Assembly: GCA_040954595.2 (NCBI GenBank)
Contig: CM082589.2
Span: forward strand, 7,623,186 to 7,687,185
Source of the DNA: Balanoglossus misakiensis
Lineage: Eukaryota; Animalia; Hemichordata
Direction: 5' to 3'
DNA length: 64,000 bases
Below, one piece after another: positions 27,068 through 42,060 of the stretch. The notes beneath the pieces are model-generated. The model searched no databases. It saw only the letters and a list, made by a program, of their open reading frames with translations, and was not told the origin of the DNA. Every line of letters begins with the position of its first letter. Position 1 is the first letter of the stretch. A program made the translations under genes and the position numbers.

Positions 27068-30000
27068 GGGGGCACAAGCGCCCTCAGGCGGCTTGTGCCC
27101 CCATTGTTATTGTTGGAATTTTTCTTTATTATTAGGGCCCAAGCGCTTGCTTGCGCTTGGGCCCTATTGGTTTCGTTGGGGTTTTTCTTTAGGGCCCAAG
27201 CGCAAGCAAGCGCTTGGGCCCTATTGGTTTCGTTGGGGTTTTTTAGGGCCCAAGCGCACAGCAGCGCTTGGGCCCTATTGGTTTCGTTGGGGTTTTTCTT
27301 TCTTTCTTTCTTTCTTTCTTTATTCTTGGTTCACTTCTTTGTCGCTCTAGATCTCAGACACCACTGCAGGTACAGTTTTCAAACTTGCTACAGTGGTCAA
27401 GGTCAATGAGTAGTCGTGCATTGAACCCTTGAATTTTTAATTAGTCACGTGACCTGGCGGCCATATTGGATTTTCTGAAAAAATGCAAATCTCAGATCTC
27501 AGAAACTACAAGTCAGATCAACTTCAAATTTGCTGTGCAGGTAGTCTACCTTCTACCCATCATTTTTGTAATTGGATATTTTGCTGTAAATGTTGCAGTT
27601 TTTTTGCTACAATTTTTTTTCTGAAATCTGGCTTAAATTTCAAAAATCTTCTTCTCCAGAACCTGTGATAACCGAGTGACGCGGTTTGGGGTATGTGGTC
27701 ACCTAACTGATGTCTATCAAGTTTGATAAGAAGCATTGTGATTGGTCGAAGATTATGGCGGCCATATTGGATTTTCGAAAAACCATAGTAAAACTGCAAA
27801 AATCTTCTTCTCCAGAACGGGCGATAACTGAGTCGCAAGATTCGAGGAGTATGGTCACAACACTGATGTCTATCAAGTTTGCAAAGAGCATTATGATTGG
27901 TCGAAGATTATGGCGGCCATATTGGATTTTGTAAAAAGCTGTGAAAAATTGAAATTCCTTTTCCTAGTCTAAAAATTGATAGCATACAAACTCTTTTTAT
28001 GGATATCAATCGTCATGTGACTAAATTATGTTACAATTTTTTGGCGATTTTTCACATGACCTTTGACCTACTTTTCACACGTTATTATTTCTGCATATCT
28101 ATTTCCAGGCTAACCTATAGGGCTAGACGTTTGGTTTTTGATGCATGTGGATTAGTGTGTGATCAAAATATTTTGCTACTTTTCATGACCCCTTTGACCT
28201 CTGCTGACCTCATTAATTATGTGCATAGCTAATTACAGGCGAACCAATAGAGCTAGAGGTTTGGTTTTTGTTGGACACAGACCAGTATGGGATCAACATT
28301 TTTTGCCCAAATGTTGCGTGACCTCTGGTGACCTTTGACCTACTTTCGCATATCTCAGCATCCAGAGCAGATACAGCCATGGCATTTGGTAGGATGGGAC
28401 CAAAATGTAAAGCCACATTTTTGGGTCACCTGTGACACCTGCTGACCTCATTAAATATGCACATACCTAATTACAGGCGAACCAATAGAGCTAGAGTTTT
28501 GGTTTTTGTTGGACATGGACCAGTATGGGTAAAAAAAAATGCCCAAATGTTGGGTGACCTTAGGTGACCTTTCACCTACTTTCAGCAGCAAAAATACACA
28601 CATCCTTGTTACGTCATGAGATAATTCATCCGATAAAAAATTCTGTTTCTTCTCATTCATACTGTGCATATATAATTCAAGATCAGCGCTTGGGCCCGAC
28701 AATGCTGCTCGCAGCTTTAATCTTTCTTTCTTTCTTTCTTTCTTTTTTCTTGTGTCAATTCTTCGGCCAACTAAATCTCTGAAACTACTGCAGGTACACT
28801 GCTCAAACTTGCTACAGTGGTCAAGGTCTATGAGTAGATGTGCAGTGACTTGTGAATACTTAATTAGTCATGTGACCTGGCGGCCATATTGGATTTTCTG
28901 AAAAAAATCAAATCTCAGATCTCAGAAACTACAAGTCAGATCGACTTCAAATTTGGCATGCAGGTAGACTACCTTCTACCCATCATTTTTGTAATTGGAA
29001 ATTTTGCTGTCAATGTTGCAGTTTTTTTGCTACAATTTTTTTTCTGAAATCTGGCTTAAATTTCAAAAATCTTCTACTCCAGAACCGGTGATAACCGAGA
29101 CACAGGGTTTGGGGTATGTGGTCACCTAACTGATGTCTATCAAGTTTGCGAAGATCATTGTGATTGGTCGAAGATTATGGCGGCCATATTGGATTTTCGA
29201 AAAACCATAGTTAAACTCCAAAAATCTTCTTCTCCAGAACGGGCGATAACTGAGTTGCAAGATTCGGGGAGTATGGTCACTACACTGATGTCTATCAAGT
29301 TTGCAAAGAGCATTGTGATTGGTCGAAGATTATGGCGGCCATATTGGATTTTGTAAAAAGCAGTGAAAATTTGAAATTCCTTTTTCTAGTCTAAAAACTG
29401 ATAGCATACAAATTCTTTTTATGGATATCAATCGTCATGTGACTAAAATAGGTTACAATTTTTGGCGATTTTTCACATGACCTTTGACCTACTTATCACG
29501 CGGTATTATTTCTGCATATCTAATTCCAGGCTAACCTATAGGGCTAGACGTTTGGTTTTTGATGAATGTGGATTAGTGTGTGATCAAAATATTTTGCTAC
29601 TTTTCATGACCCCTTTGACCTCAGCTGACCTCATTAATTATGTACATAGCTAATTACAGGCGAACCAATAGAGCTAGAGGTTTTGTTTTTGTTGGACATG
29701 GACCAGTATGGGATCAAAATTTTTTGCCCAAATGATGGGTGACCTCTGGTGACCTTTGACCTACTTTCGCATATCTCAGCATCCAGAGCAGGTACAGCCG
29801 TGGCATTTGGTAGGATGGCACCAAAATGTAAAGCCAAATTTTTGGGTCACCTGTGACACCTGTTGACCTCATTAAATATGCACATACCTAATTACAGGTG
29901 AACCAATAGAGCTAGAGTTTTGGTTTTTGTTGGACATGGACCAGTATGGGTAAAAAAAATTGCCCAAATGTTGGGTGACCTCAGGTGACCTTTGACCTAC

Positions 30001-32773
30001 TTCACCCTATTTAAGCAGCAAAAATACACACATCCTTGTTATGTCATGAGATAATACATCCGATACAAAATTCTGTTTCTTCTCATTCATACTGTGCATA
30101 TATAATTCAAGATCAGCGCTTGGGCCCGACAATGCTGCTCGCAGCTTTAATTCTTTCTTTCTTTTTTCTTGTGTCAATTCTTCGGCCAACTAAATCTCAG
30201 AAACTACTGCAGGTACACTGCTCAAACTTGCTACAGTGGTCAAGGTCAATGAGTAGATGTGCAGTGACTTGTGAATACGTAATTAGTCACGTGACCTGGC
30301 GGCCATATTGGATTTTCTGAAAAAATGCAAATCTCAGATCTCAGAAACTACAAGTCAGATCGACTTCAGATTTGGTGTGCTGGTAGTGTACCTTCTGCCC
30401 ATCATTTTTGTAATTGGATATTTTGCTGTCAATGTTGCAGTTTTTTTGCTACAGTTGTTTTTCTGAAATCTGGTCAAAATTTCAAAAATCTTCTTCTCCA
30501 GAACCGGTGATAACCGAGACACGGGGTTTGGGGTATATGGTCACCTAACTGTTGTCTATCAAGTTTGCGAAGATCATTGTGATTGGTCGAAGATTATGGC
30601 GGCCATATTGGATTTACGAAAAACCATAGTTAAACTCCAAAAATCTTCTTCTCCAGAACGGGCGATGACTGAGTTGCAAGATTCGGGGAGTATGGTCACT
30701 ACACTGATGTCTATCAAGTTTGCAAAGAGCATTGTGATTGGTCGAAGATTATGGCGGCCATATTGGATTTTGTAAAAAGCAGTGAAAATTTGAAATTCCT
30801 TTTTCTAGTCTAAAATTTGATAGCATACAAATTATTTTTATGGATATCAATCGTCATGTGACTAAAATATGTTACAATTTTTTTGCGATTTTTCACATGA
30901 CCTTTGACCTACTTATCACGCGTTATTATTTCTGCATATCTAATTCCAGGCTAACCTATAGGGCTAGACGTTTGGTTTTTGATGAATGTGGATTAGTGTG
31001 TGATCAAAATATTTTGCTACTTTTCATGACCCCTTTGACCTCTGCTGACCTCATTAATTATGTGCATAGCTAATTACAGGCGAACCAATAGAGCTAGGGG
31101 TTTGGTTTTTGTTGGACATGGACCAGTATAGGATCAAAATTTTTTCCCCAAATGTTGGGTGACCTCTGGTGACCTTTGACCTACTTTCGTATATCTCAGC
31201 ATCCAGAACAGATACAACCATGGCATTTGGTAGGATGGGACCAAAATGTAAAGCCACATTTTTGGGTCACCTGTGACGCCTGCTGACCTCATTAAATATG
31301 CACATACCTAATTACAGGCGAACCAATAGAGCTAGAGTTTTGGTTTTTGTTGGACATGGACCAGTATGGGTCAAAAAAAATGCCCAAATGTCGGATGACT
31401 TCAGGTGACCTTTGACCTACTTCACCCTATTTCAGCGGCAAAAATATACACATCCTTGTTATGTCATGAGATAATACATCCGATAGAAAATTCTGTTTCT
31501 TCTCATTCATACTGTGCATATATAATTCAAGATCAGCGCTTGGGCCCGACAATGCTGCTCGCAGCTTTAATTATTATTCTTCTTCTTCTTCTTCTTCTTC
31601 CGAGAAATTCGGCCAGGTAGATCTGGAAAACCGCAGCACCTAGGGGGCTGAAACTTGGTAGGGTGATAGGGGCCAATGAGTAGACGTGCAGTGGCCCGTG
31701 AATATTTAATTAGTCATGTGACCTGGCGGCCATATTGGATTTCCTGAAAACCGTTAAATGAGTCCTTCTCAAAAACTACAAGGCCGATCGAGTTCAAACT
31801 TGGTGTGCAGGTAGCCTACCTTCTGTCCATCATTTTACCCCATTGAAATCATGACGTCACACATAAAGTTTTTTTGCTACAATTGTTTTTCTTAAAAAAT
31901 ACTTAAAATTTTAAAAATCTTCTTCTCCAGAACCAGCGGTTACCGATTCTCGGGATTTGGGATATGTGGTCACCTAACCTATGTCTATCAAGTTTGCGAA
32001 GCGCACTGTGATTGGTCGATCATTATGGCGGCCATGTTGGATTTTCGGAAAACCATTGAAAAATGAAAATTCTGTTTTGTAGCCAAAATGTTGACAGCAC
32101 GGAAATTCTTTTTTTGGATATGAGTCATCATATGACAGGAAGTTGTCACGATTTTTCGTGGCAATTTTCACATGACCTTTGACCCAGTTTTAAAACAACT
32201 AATTATATATGCATATTCCCCATACCTCCTCTTGTAAAAGCACCACATTCATGAATTTTGTGGACATGGGTACCAATGCTGTCAGGACATGACACAAATA
32301 TTTTGGTAATTTTGGCAATGACCTTTGACCTATTTCTGCATATCTAATTCCATGCTACCCAATAGGGCTAGAGGTCTGGTATTGGTTGGACATGGCCCAG
32401 TCTGGGGTCAAAATTTTATGCCCTAATTTTGGGTGACCTTGGGTGACCTTTGATCTACTTTCCCATATCTCAGCATCCAGAGCAGTTAGAGCCCTGGCTT
32501 TTATAGGTTTTGAGCACATAATGGTGTCTTACACAAGACCTCATTAATTATGTGCATACCTAATTGCAGGCGAACCAATAGGGCTAGGGGTCTGGTTTTT
32601 TGTTGGATCTAGACTAGTATGGGGTCCAATTTTTTTGCCCAAATTTGGGGTGACCTCAGGTGACCTTTGACCTACTTTCCCATGTCTTGGTATCCCCAGC
32701 AGATACAGCCGTGGAATTTGCTGGTCACCATGGGAACTGCTTGTGCCCCCCCAACGCTGCTTGCAGCTTTAAT
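27068..32773 (+). mobile_element. Divergent 'type C' element (head 27068, body 31572-32773) enclosing three nested elements
   Basis: The unique head GGGGGCACAAGC..GCTTGTGCCCCC matches the unique tail GCTTGTGCCCCCCCAACGCTGCTTGCAGC; exactly three heads and three bodies lie between them. Confidence 0.85.
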
Positions 32774-35700
32774 TAGGGCCCAAGCGCAAGCCAGCGCTTG
32801 GGCCCTATTGGTTTCGTTGGGGTTTTTACGGGCCCAAGCCAAGCCAGGCTTGGGCCCGTATTGGTTTCGTTGGGGTTTTTCTTTCTTTCTTTATTCTTAT
32901 GTCAATTCTTTGCTCTCCTAGATCTCTGAAACGGCTACAGGTACACTTCTCAAACTTGCTACAGTGGTCAAGGTCAATGAGTAGATGTGCAGTGGCTTGT
33001 GAATATTTAATTAGTCACGTGACCTGGCGGCCATATTGGATTTTCTGAAAATCTTTAAATGGCTTCTTCTCAAAAACCACAGGGCCAATCAAGTTCAAAT
33101 TTGGTGTATGGTACACATGTCCTCTGCCCTTCAAAGTTTGACAATAAAATCCTGAGCGGTCACGTGACTTTGGCCGCCATATTGGATTTTCAAAAAAGTA
33201 CAGTAAAATCTTCAAAAATCTTCTTCTCCAGAACCGGCAATAACCAAGTCATGGGATTTAGGGTATGACATCACCTAACTGATGTCTATCAAGTTTGCGA
33301 AAACCGTTGTGATTGGTCGAAGATTATGGCGGCCATATTGGATTTTGTAAACACCAGTGAAAATTAAGAAATCATTTTTCTAGTCTAAAAATAGATAGCA
33401 TACAAATTCTTTTTATGGATATGAGTCGTCATATGACTAGAATATGTTGCAAATATTTTGGCAATTTTCACATGACCTTTGACCTACTTTTTAAAGAACC
33501 TGCATATATGCATATATAGCTAATACTACGTGTTCTAAATGTACCAGAGTTCTGATTTTTGTGCACATTGGTATCACCCCTGCCAGGACCTACCCCAAAT
33601 ATTTTGGTAATTTTGGCAATGACCTTTGACCTACTTTTGACACATCGTTTTTTCTGCATATCTTATTCCAGGCTAACCTATAGGGCTATCATTTTGGTTT
33701 TTGATGTATGTGGATTTGTATGTGATCAAAAAATTTCGCTACTTTTCAAGACCCCTTTGACCTCTGCTGACCTCATTAAATATGCGCATACCTAATTACA
33801 GATGAACCAATAGACCTAGAGGTTTGGTTTTTGTTGGACATGGACCAGTATTGGGTCAAAATTTGTTGCCCAAATGTTGGGTGACCTCGGGTGACCTTTG
33901 ACCTACTTTTGCATATCTCGACATCCACAGCAGATACAGCCTTGGCGTTTGGAGGTATGGGGCCATAATGAAAAGCCAAAGTTTTGGGTCACCTGTGACA
34001 CCTGCTTAACTCATTATTTATGTGCATACCTAATTCCAGGCTAACCAAAAGGGCTAGAGGTCTGGTTTTTGTTGGACATGGACCACTATGGGTCAAAATA
34101 TTCTGCCCAAATTTTTGGTGACCCCTGGGTGACCTTTGACCTACTTTAAACACTATATCAGCACCAAACATAGATATAACCTTGATATTTCATGCGATAA
34201 AAGACAACATCATGTTTCTACTCATTAATTATGTGCATATCTAATAATCAGATCAGATAATAGAGCTTGGGCCCGGACAATGCTGCTTGCAGCTTTAATT
34301 CTTTCTTCTTTCTTTCTTTATTCTTGTGTCAATTCTTTGTCGCTCTAGATCTCAGACACCACTGCAGGTACACTTCTGAAACTTGCTACAGTGGTCAAGG
34401 TCAATGAGTAGTCGTGCATTGAACTCTTGAATTTTTCATTAGTCACGTGACATGGCGGCCATATTGGATTTTCTGAAAAAATGCAAATCTCAGATCTCAG
34501 AAACTACAAGTCAGATTTACTTCAGATTTGGTGTGCTGGTAGTGTACCTTCTGCCCATCATTTTTGTAATTGGATATTTTGCTGTCAATGTTGCAGTTTT
34601 TTTGCTACAGTTGTTTTTCTGAAATCTGGCTTAAATTTCAAAAATCTTCTTCTCCAGAACCGGCGATAACCGAGTCACGCGGTTTGGGGTATGTGGTCAC
34701 CAAGCTGAGGTCTATCAAGTTTGCGAAGATCATTGTGATTGGTCGAAGATTATGGCGGCCATATTGGATTTTAAAAAAACCCTAGTAAAATTTCAAAAAT
34801 CTTCTTCTCAAGAACCGGCGATAACTGAGTCACAAGATTTGGTGTGTTTGGTCATTAAACAGATGTCTATCAAGTTTGCGAAGAGGAATGTGATTGGTCG
34901 AAGATTATGGCGGCCATACTGGATTTTGTGAAAAACGATTAAAAAGTAAAAATTCCCTTTCTAGCCTAAAAATTGATAGCACAAAAATTCTTTTTACGGA
35001 TATGAATCATCATATGCCAAGAATAAGCTATAAATATTTTGGTAATTTTGGCAATGACCTTTGACCTACTTTTGACACATCGTTTTTTCTGCATATCTAA
35101 TTCCAGGCTAACCTATAGGGCTATCATTTTGGTTTTTGATGTATGTGGATTTGTATGTGATCAAAAAATTTCGCTACTTTTCATGACCCCTTTGACCTCT
35201 GCTGACCTCATTAAATATGCACATACCTAATTACAGATGAACCAATAGACCTAGAGGTTTGGTTTTTGTTGGACATGGACCAGTATTGGGTCAAAATTTG
35301 TTGCCCAAATGTTGGGTGACCTCGGGTGACCTTTGACCTACTTTTGCATATCTCGACATCCACAGCAGATACAGCCTTGGCGTTTGGAGGTATGGGGCCA
35401 TAATGAAAAGCCAAAGTTTTGGGTCATCTGTGACACCTGCTTAACTCATTATTTATGTGCATACCTAATTCCAGGCTAACCAAAAGGGCTAGAGGTCTGG
35501 TTTTTGTTGGACATGGACCACTATTGGTCAAAATTTTCTGCCCAAATTTTGGGTGACCTCAGATGACCTTTGACCTACTTTTGCATATCTCGGCATCCAA
35601 AGCAGGTACAGCCTTGGCATTTGGAGATATGGGGCCATAATGAAAAGCCAAAGTTTTGGGTCACCAGTGACACCTGCTTAACTCATCATTTATGTGCATA

Positions 35701-38700
35701 CCTAATTCCGGGCTAACCAAAAGGGCTAGAGGTCTGTTTTTGTTGGACATGGACCACTATGGGTAAAATTTTCTGCCCAAATTGTGGGTGACCTCTGGGA
35801 GACCTTTGACCTACGTAACACTATATCAGCACCAAACATACATATAACCTTGATATTTCATGGGATAAAACACAGCATTATGTTTCTACTCATTAATTAT
35901 GTGCATATCTAATAATCAGATCAGATAATAGAGCTTGGGCCCGGACAATGCTGCTTGCAGCTTTAATTCTTTCTTTATTCTTATGTCAATTCTTTGTCGC
36001 TCTAGATCTCAGACACCACTGCAGGTACAGTTTTCAAACTTGCTACAGTGGTCAAGGTCAATGAGTAGTCGTGCATTGAACCCATGAATTTTTAATTAGT
36101 CACGTGACCTGGCGGCCATATTGGATTTTCTGAAAAAATGCAAATCTCAGATCTCAGAAACTACAAGTCAGATTGACTTCAAATTTGGTGTGCAGCTAGT
36201 ATACCTAATGCCCATCATTTTTGTAATTGGATATTTTGCTGTCAATGTTGCAGTTTTTTTGCTACAGTTGTTTTTCTGAAATCTGGTCAAAATTTCAAAA
36301 ATCTTCTTCTCCAGAACCGGCGATAACCGAGTCACGCCGTTTGGGGTATGTGGTCACCTAACTGATGTCTATCAAGTTTGCGAAGATCATTGTGATTGGT
36401 CGAAGATTATGGCGGCCATATTGGATTTTCGAAAAACCATAGTAAAACTTCAAAAATCTTCTTCTCAAGAACCGGCAATAACCGAGTCACAAGATTTGGT
36501 GTGTGTGGTCATTAAATAGATGTCTATCAAGTTTGCGAAGAAGAATGTGATTGGTCGTAGATTATGGCGGCCATGTTGGATTTTGTGAAAAACGATTAAA
36601 AAGTAAAAATTCCCTTTCTAGCCTAAAAATTGATAGCACAGAAATTCTTTTTATGGATATGAATCATCATATGACAAGAATAACCTATAAATATTTTGGT
36701 AATTTTGGCAATGACCTTTGACCTACTTTTGACGCATCGTTTTTCTGCATATCTAATTCCAGGCTAACCAATAGGGCTATAAGTTTGGTTTTTGATGTAT
36801 GTGGATTTGTATGTGATCAAAAAATTGTGCTACTTTTCATGACCCCTTTGACCTCTGCTGACCTCATTAAATGTGCGCATACCTAATTACAGATGAACCA
36901 ATAGACCTAGAGGTTTGGTTTTTTTGGACATGGATCAGTATGGGGTCAAAATATTTTGCCCAAATGTTGGGTGACCTCGGGTGACCTTTGACCTACTTTT
37001 GCATATCTCGACATCCACAGCAGATACAGCCTTGGCGTTTGGAGATATGGGGCCATAATGAAAAGCCAAAGTTTTGGGTCACCTGTGACACCTGCTTAAC
37101 TCATTATTTATGTGCATACCTAATTCCGGGCTAACCAAAAGGGCTAGAGGTCTGGTTTTTGTTGGACATGGACTACTTTGGGTCAAAATTTTCTGCCCAA
37201 ATTTTGGGTGACCTCAGATGACCTTTGACCTATTTTTGCATATCTCGACATCCAAAGCAGGTACAGTCTGGGCATTTGGAGGTATGGGGCCATAATGAAA
37301 AGCCAAAGTTTTGGCTCACCTGTGACACCTGCTTTACGCATTATTTATGTGCATACCTAATTCCGGGCTAACCAAAAGGGCTAGAGGTCTGGTTTTTGAT
37401 GGACATGGACCACTATGGGTCAAAATTTTCTGCCCAAATTGTGGGTGACCTCTGGATGACCTTTGACCTACTTAATACTATATCAGCACCAAACATAGAT
37501 ATAACCTTGATATTTCATTTGCTAAAACACAGCATTATGTTTCTACTCATTAATTATGTGCATATCTAATAATCAGATCAGATAATAGAGCTTGGGCCCG
37601 GACAATGCTGCTTGCAGCTTTAATCTTTCTTTCTTTCTTTTTTCTTGTGTCAATTCTTCGGCCAACTAAATCTCAGAAACTACTGCAGGTACACTGCTCA
37701 AACTTGCTACAGTGGTCAAGGTCAATGAGTAGATGTGCAGTGACTTGTGAATACGTAATTAGTCACGTGACCTGGCGGCCATATTGGATTTTCTGAAAAA
37801 ATGCAAATCTCAGATCTCAGAAACTACAAGTCAGATCGACTTCAGATTTGGTGTGCAGGTAGTGTACCTTCTGCCCATCATTTTTGTAATTGGATATTTT
37901 GCTGTCAATGTTGCAGTTTTTTTGCTACAGTTGTTTTTCTGAAATCTGGTCAAAATTTCAAAAATCTTCTTCTCCAGAACCGGTGATAACCGAGACACGG
38001 GGTTTGGGGTATGTGGTCACCTAACTGATGTCTATCAAGTTTGCGAAGATCATTGTGATTGGTCGAAGATTATGGCGGCCATAATGGATTTACGAAAAAC
38101 CATAGTTAAACTCCAAAAATCTTCTTCTCCAGAACGGGCGATGACTGAGTTGCAAGATTCGGGGAGTATGGTCACTACACTGATGTCTATCAAGTTTGCA
38201 AAGAGCATTGTGATTGGTCGAAGATTATGGCGGCCATATTGGATTTTGTAAAAAGCAGTGAAAAATTGAAATTCCTTTTTCTAGTCTAAAAATTGATAGC
38301 ATACAAATTCTTTTTATGGATATCAATCGTCATGTGACTAAAATATGTTACAATTTTTTGGCGATTTTTCACATGACCTTTGACCTACTTACCAAGCGTT
38401 ATTATTTCTGCATATCTAATGCCAGGCCAACCTATAGGGCTAGACGTTTGGTTTTTGATGAATGTGGATTAGTGTGTGATCAAAATATTTTGCTACTTTT
38501 CATGACCCCTTTGACCTCTGCTGACCTCATTAATTATGTGCATAGCTAATTACAGGCGAACCAATAGAGCTAGAGGTTTGGTTTTTGTTGGACTAGGACC
38601 AGTATGGGGTCAAAATTTTTTGCCCAAATGTTGGGTGACCTCTGGTGACCTTTGACCTACTTTCGCATATCTCGGCATCCAGAGCAGATAAAGCCATGGC

Positions 38701-41700
38701 ATTTGGTAGGATGGGACCAAAATGTAAAGCCACATTTTTGGGTCACCTGTGACACCTGCTGACCTCATTAAATATGCACATACCTAATTACAGGCGAACC
38801 AATAGAGCTAGAGTTTTGGTTTTTGTTGGACATGGACCAGTATGGGTCAAAAAAATTGCCCAAATGTTGGGTGACCTCAGGTGACCTTTGACCTACTTCA
38901 GCAGCAAAAATACACACATCCTCGTTATGTCATGAGATAATACATCTGATAGAAAATTCTGTTTCTTCTCATTCATACTGTGCATATATAATTCAAGATC
39001 AGCGCTTGGGCCCGACAATGCTGCTCGCAGCTTTAATTCTTTCTTTATTCTTGGTTCCATTCTTTGGCCAACGAGATCTCAGACACCTCTGCAGGTACAC
39101 TTCTCAAACTTGCTACAGTGGTCAAGGTCAATGAGTAGATGTGCAGTGACTTGTGAATACTTAATTAGTCACGTGACCTGGCGGCCATATTGGATTATAT
39201 GAAAAAATTCAAATCTCAGATCTCAGAAACTACAAGTCAGATCGACTTCAAATTTGGCATGCAGGTAGACTACCTTCTACCTATCATTTTTGTAATTGGA
39301 AATTTTGCTGTCAATGTTGCAGTTTTTTTGCTACAGTTGTTTTTCTGAAATCTGGTTAAAATTTCAAAAATCTTCTTCTCCAGAACTGGTGATAACTGAG
39401 TCACGCGGTTTGGGGTATGTGGTCACCTAATTGATGTCTATCAAGTTTGCGAAGATCATTGTGATTGGTCGAAGATTATGGCGGCCATATTGGATTTTCG
39501 AAAAACCATAGTAAAACTTCAAAAATCTTCTTCTCCAGAACGGGCGATAACTGAGTCGCAAGATTTGGGGAGTATGGTCACTACACTGATGTCTATCAAG
39601 TTTGCAAAGAGCATTGTGATTGGTCGAAGATTATGGCGGCCATATTGGATTTTGTAAAAAGCAGTGAAAAATTAAAATTACTTTTTCTAGTATAAAAATT
39701 GATAGCATACAAATTCTTTTTATGGATATCAATCGTCATATGACTACAATATGTTACAAATTTTTGGCGTTTTTTCACATGACCTTTGACCTACTTTTCA
39801 CACATTATTATTTCTGCATATCTAATTCCAGGCTAACCTATAGGGCTAGACGTTTGGTTTTTGATGCAAGTGGATTAGTGTGTGATCTAAAAATTTTGCT
39901 ACTTTTCATTACCCCTTTGACCTCTGCTGACCTCATTAATTATGTGCATAGCTAATTACAGGCGAACCAATAGAGCTAGAGGTTTGGTTTTTGTTGAACA
40001 TGGACCAGTATGGGGTCAAATTTTTTTGCCCAAATGTTGGGTGACCTCTGGTGACCTTTGACCTACTTTCGCATATCTCAGCATCCAGAGCAGATACAGC
40101 CTTGGCATTTGGCAGGATGGGAGCTAAATGTAAAGCCAAATTTTTGGGTCACCTGTGACACCTGCTGACTTCATTTAATATGCACATACCTAATTACAGG
40201 CGAACCAAGAGAGCTAGAGTTTTGGTTTTTGTTGGACATGGACCAGTATGGGTAAAAAAAATTGCCCAAATGTTGGGTGACCTCATGTGACCTTTGACCT
40301 ACTTCACCCTATTTCAGCAGCAAAAATACACACATCCCTGTTATGTCATGAGATAATACATCCGATATTAAATTCTGTTTCTTCTCATTCATACTGTGCA
40401 TATATAATTCAAGATCAGCGCTTGGGCCCGACAATGCTGCTTGCAGCTTTAATTCTTTCTTGCTGTCTTTCTTTCTTTAGGGCCCAAGCGCACGCAAGCG
40501 CTTGGGCCCTATTGGTTTCGTTGGGGTTTTTTAGGGCCCAAGCCCAGCAGGCTTGGGCCCTATTGTTTTTACTGGAGTTTTTTAGGGCCCAAGCGCATAC
40601 CAGCGCTTGGGCCCTATTGGTTTCGTTGGGGTTTTTCTTTCTTTCTTTATTCTTCTGTCATTTCTTTGTCGCTCTAGATCTCAGACACCACTGCAGGTAC
40701 AGTTCTCAAACTTGCTACAGTGGTCAAGGTCAATGAGTAGTCGTGCATTGAACCCATGAATTTTTAATTAGTCACATGACCTGGCGGCCATCTTGGATTT
40801 TCTGAAAAAATGCAAATCTCAGATCTCAGAAACTACAAGTCAGATCCACTTCAAATTTGGCGTGCAGGTAGACTACCTTCTGTCAAACATTTTTGTAATT
40901 GGAAATTATGCTGTCAATGTTGCAGTTTTTTTGCTACAATTTTTTTTCTGAAATCTGGCCTAAATGTCAAAAATCTTCTTCTCCAGAACCGGTGATAACC
41001 GAGACACGGGGTTTGGGGTATGCGGTCACCTAACTGATGTCTATCAAGTTTGCGAAGATCATTGTGATTGGTCGAAGATTATGGCGGCCATATTGGATTT
41101 TCGAAAAACCCTAGTAAAATTTCAAAAATCTTCTTCTCGAGAACCGGCGATAACCGAATCACAAGATTTTGTGTGTGTGGTCATTAAACAGATGGCTATC
41201 AAGTTTGCGAAGAGGAATGTGATTGGTCGAAGATTATGGCGGCCATATTGGATTTTGTGAAAAACGATTAAAAAGTAAAAATTCCCTTTCTAGCCTAAAA
41301 ATTGATAGCACAGAAATTCTTTTCATGGATATGAATCATCATATAACAAGAATAAGCTATAAATATTTTGGTAATTTTGGCAATGACCTTTGACCTACTT
41401 TTGACGCATCAATTTTCTGCATATCTAATTCCAGGCTAACCAATAGGGCTATAAGTTTGGGTTTTGATGTATGTGAATTTGTATGTGATCAAAAAATTTT
41501 GCTACTTTTCATGACCCCTTTGACCTCTGCTGACCTCATTAAATATGCGCATACCTAATTACAGATGAACCAATAGACCTAGAGGTTTGGTCTTTTTTGG
41601 ACATTGATCAGTATGGGGTCAAAATAATTTGTCCAAATTTTGGGTGACCTCAGGTGACCTTTGACCTACATTCGCATTTCTCGGTATCCAAAGCAGATAC

Positions 41701-42060
41701 AGCCTTGGCGTTTTGAGGTATGGGGTCATAATGAAAAGCCAAATTTTTGGGTCACCAGTGACACCTGCTGACCTCATTAAATATGCACATACCTAATTAC
41801 ACGCAAACTAATAGAGCTAGAGTTTTGGTTTTTGTTGGACATGGACCACTATGGGTCAAAATTTTCTGCCCAAATTGTGGGTGACCTCTGGGTGACCTTT
41901 GACCTGCTTAACACTATATCAACACCAAACATAGATATAACCTTGATATGTCATGGGATAAAACACAGCATTATGTTTCTACTCATTAATTATGTGCATA
42001 TCTAATAATCAGATCAGATAATAGAGCTTGGGCCCGGACAATGCTGCTTGCAGCTTTAAT

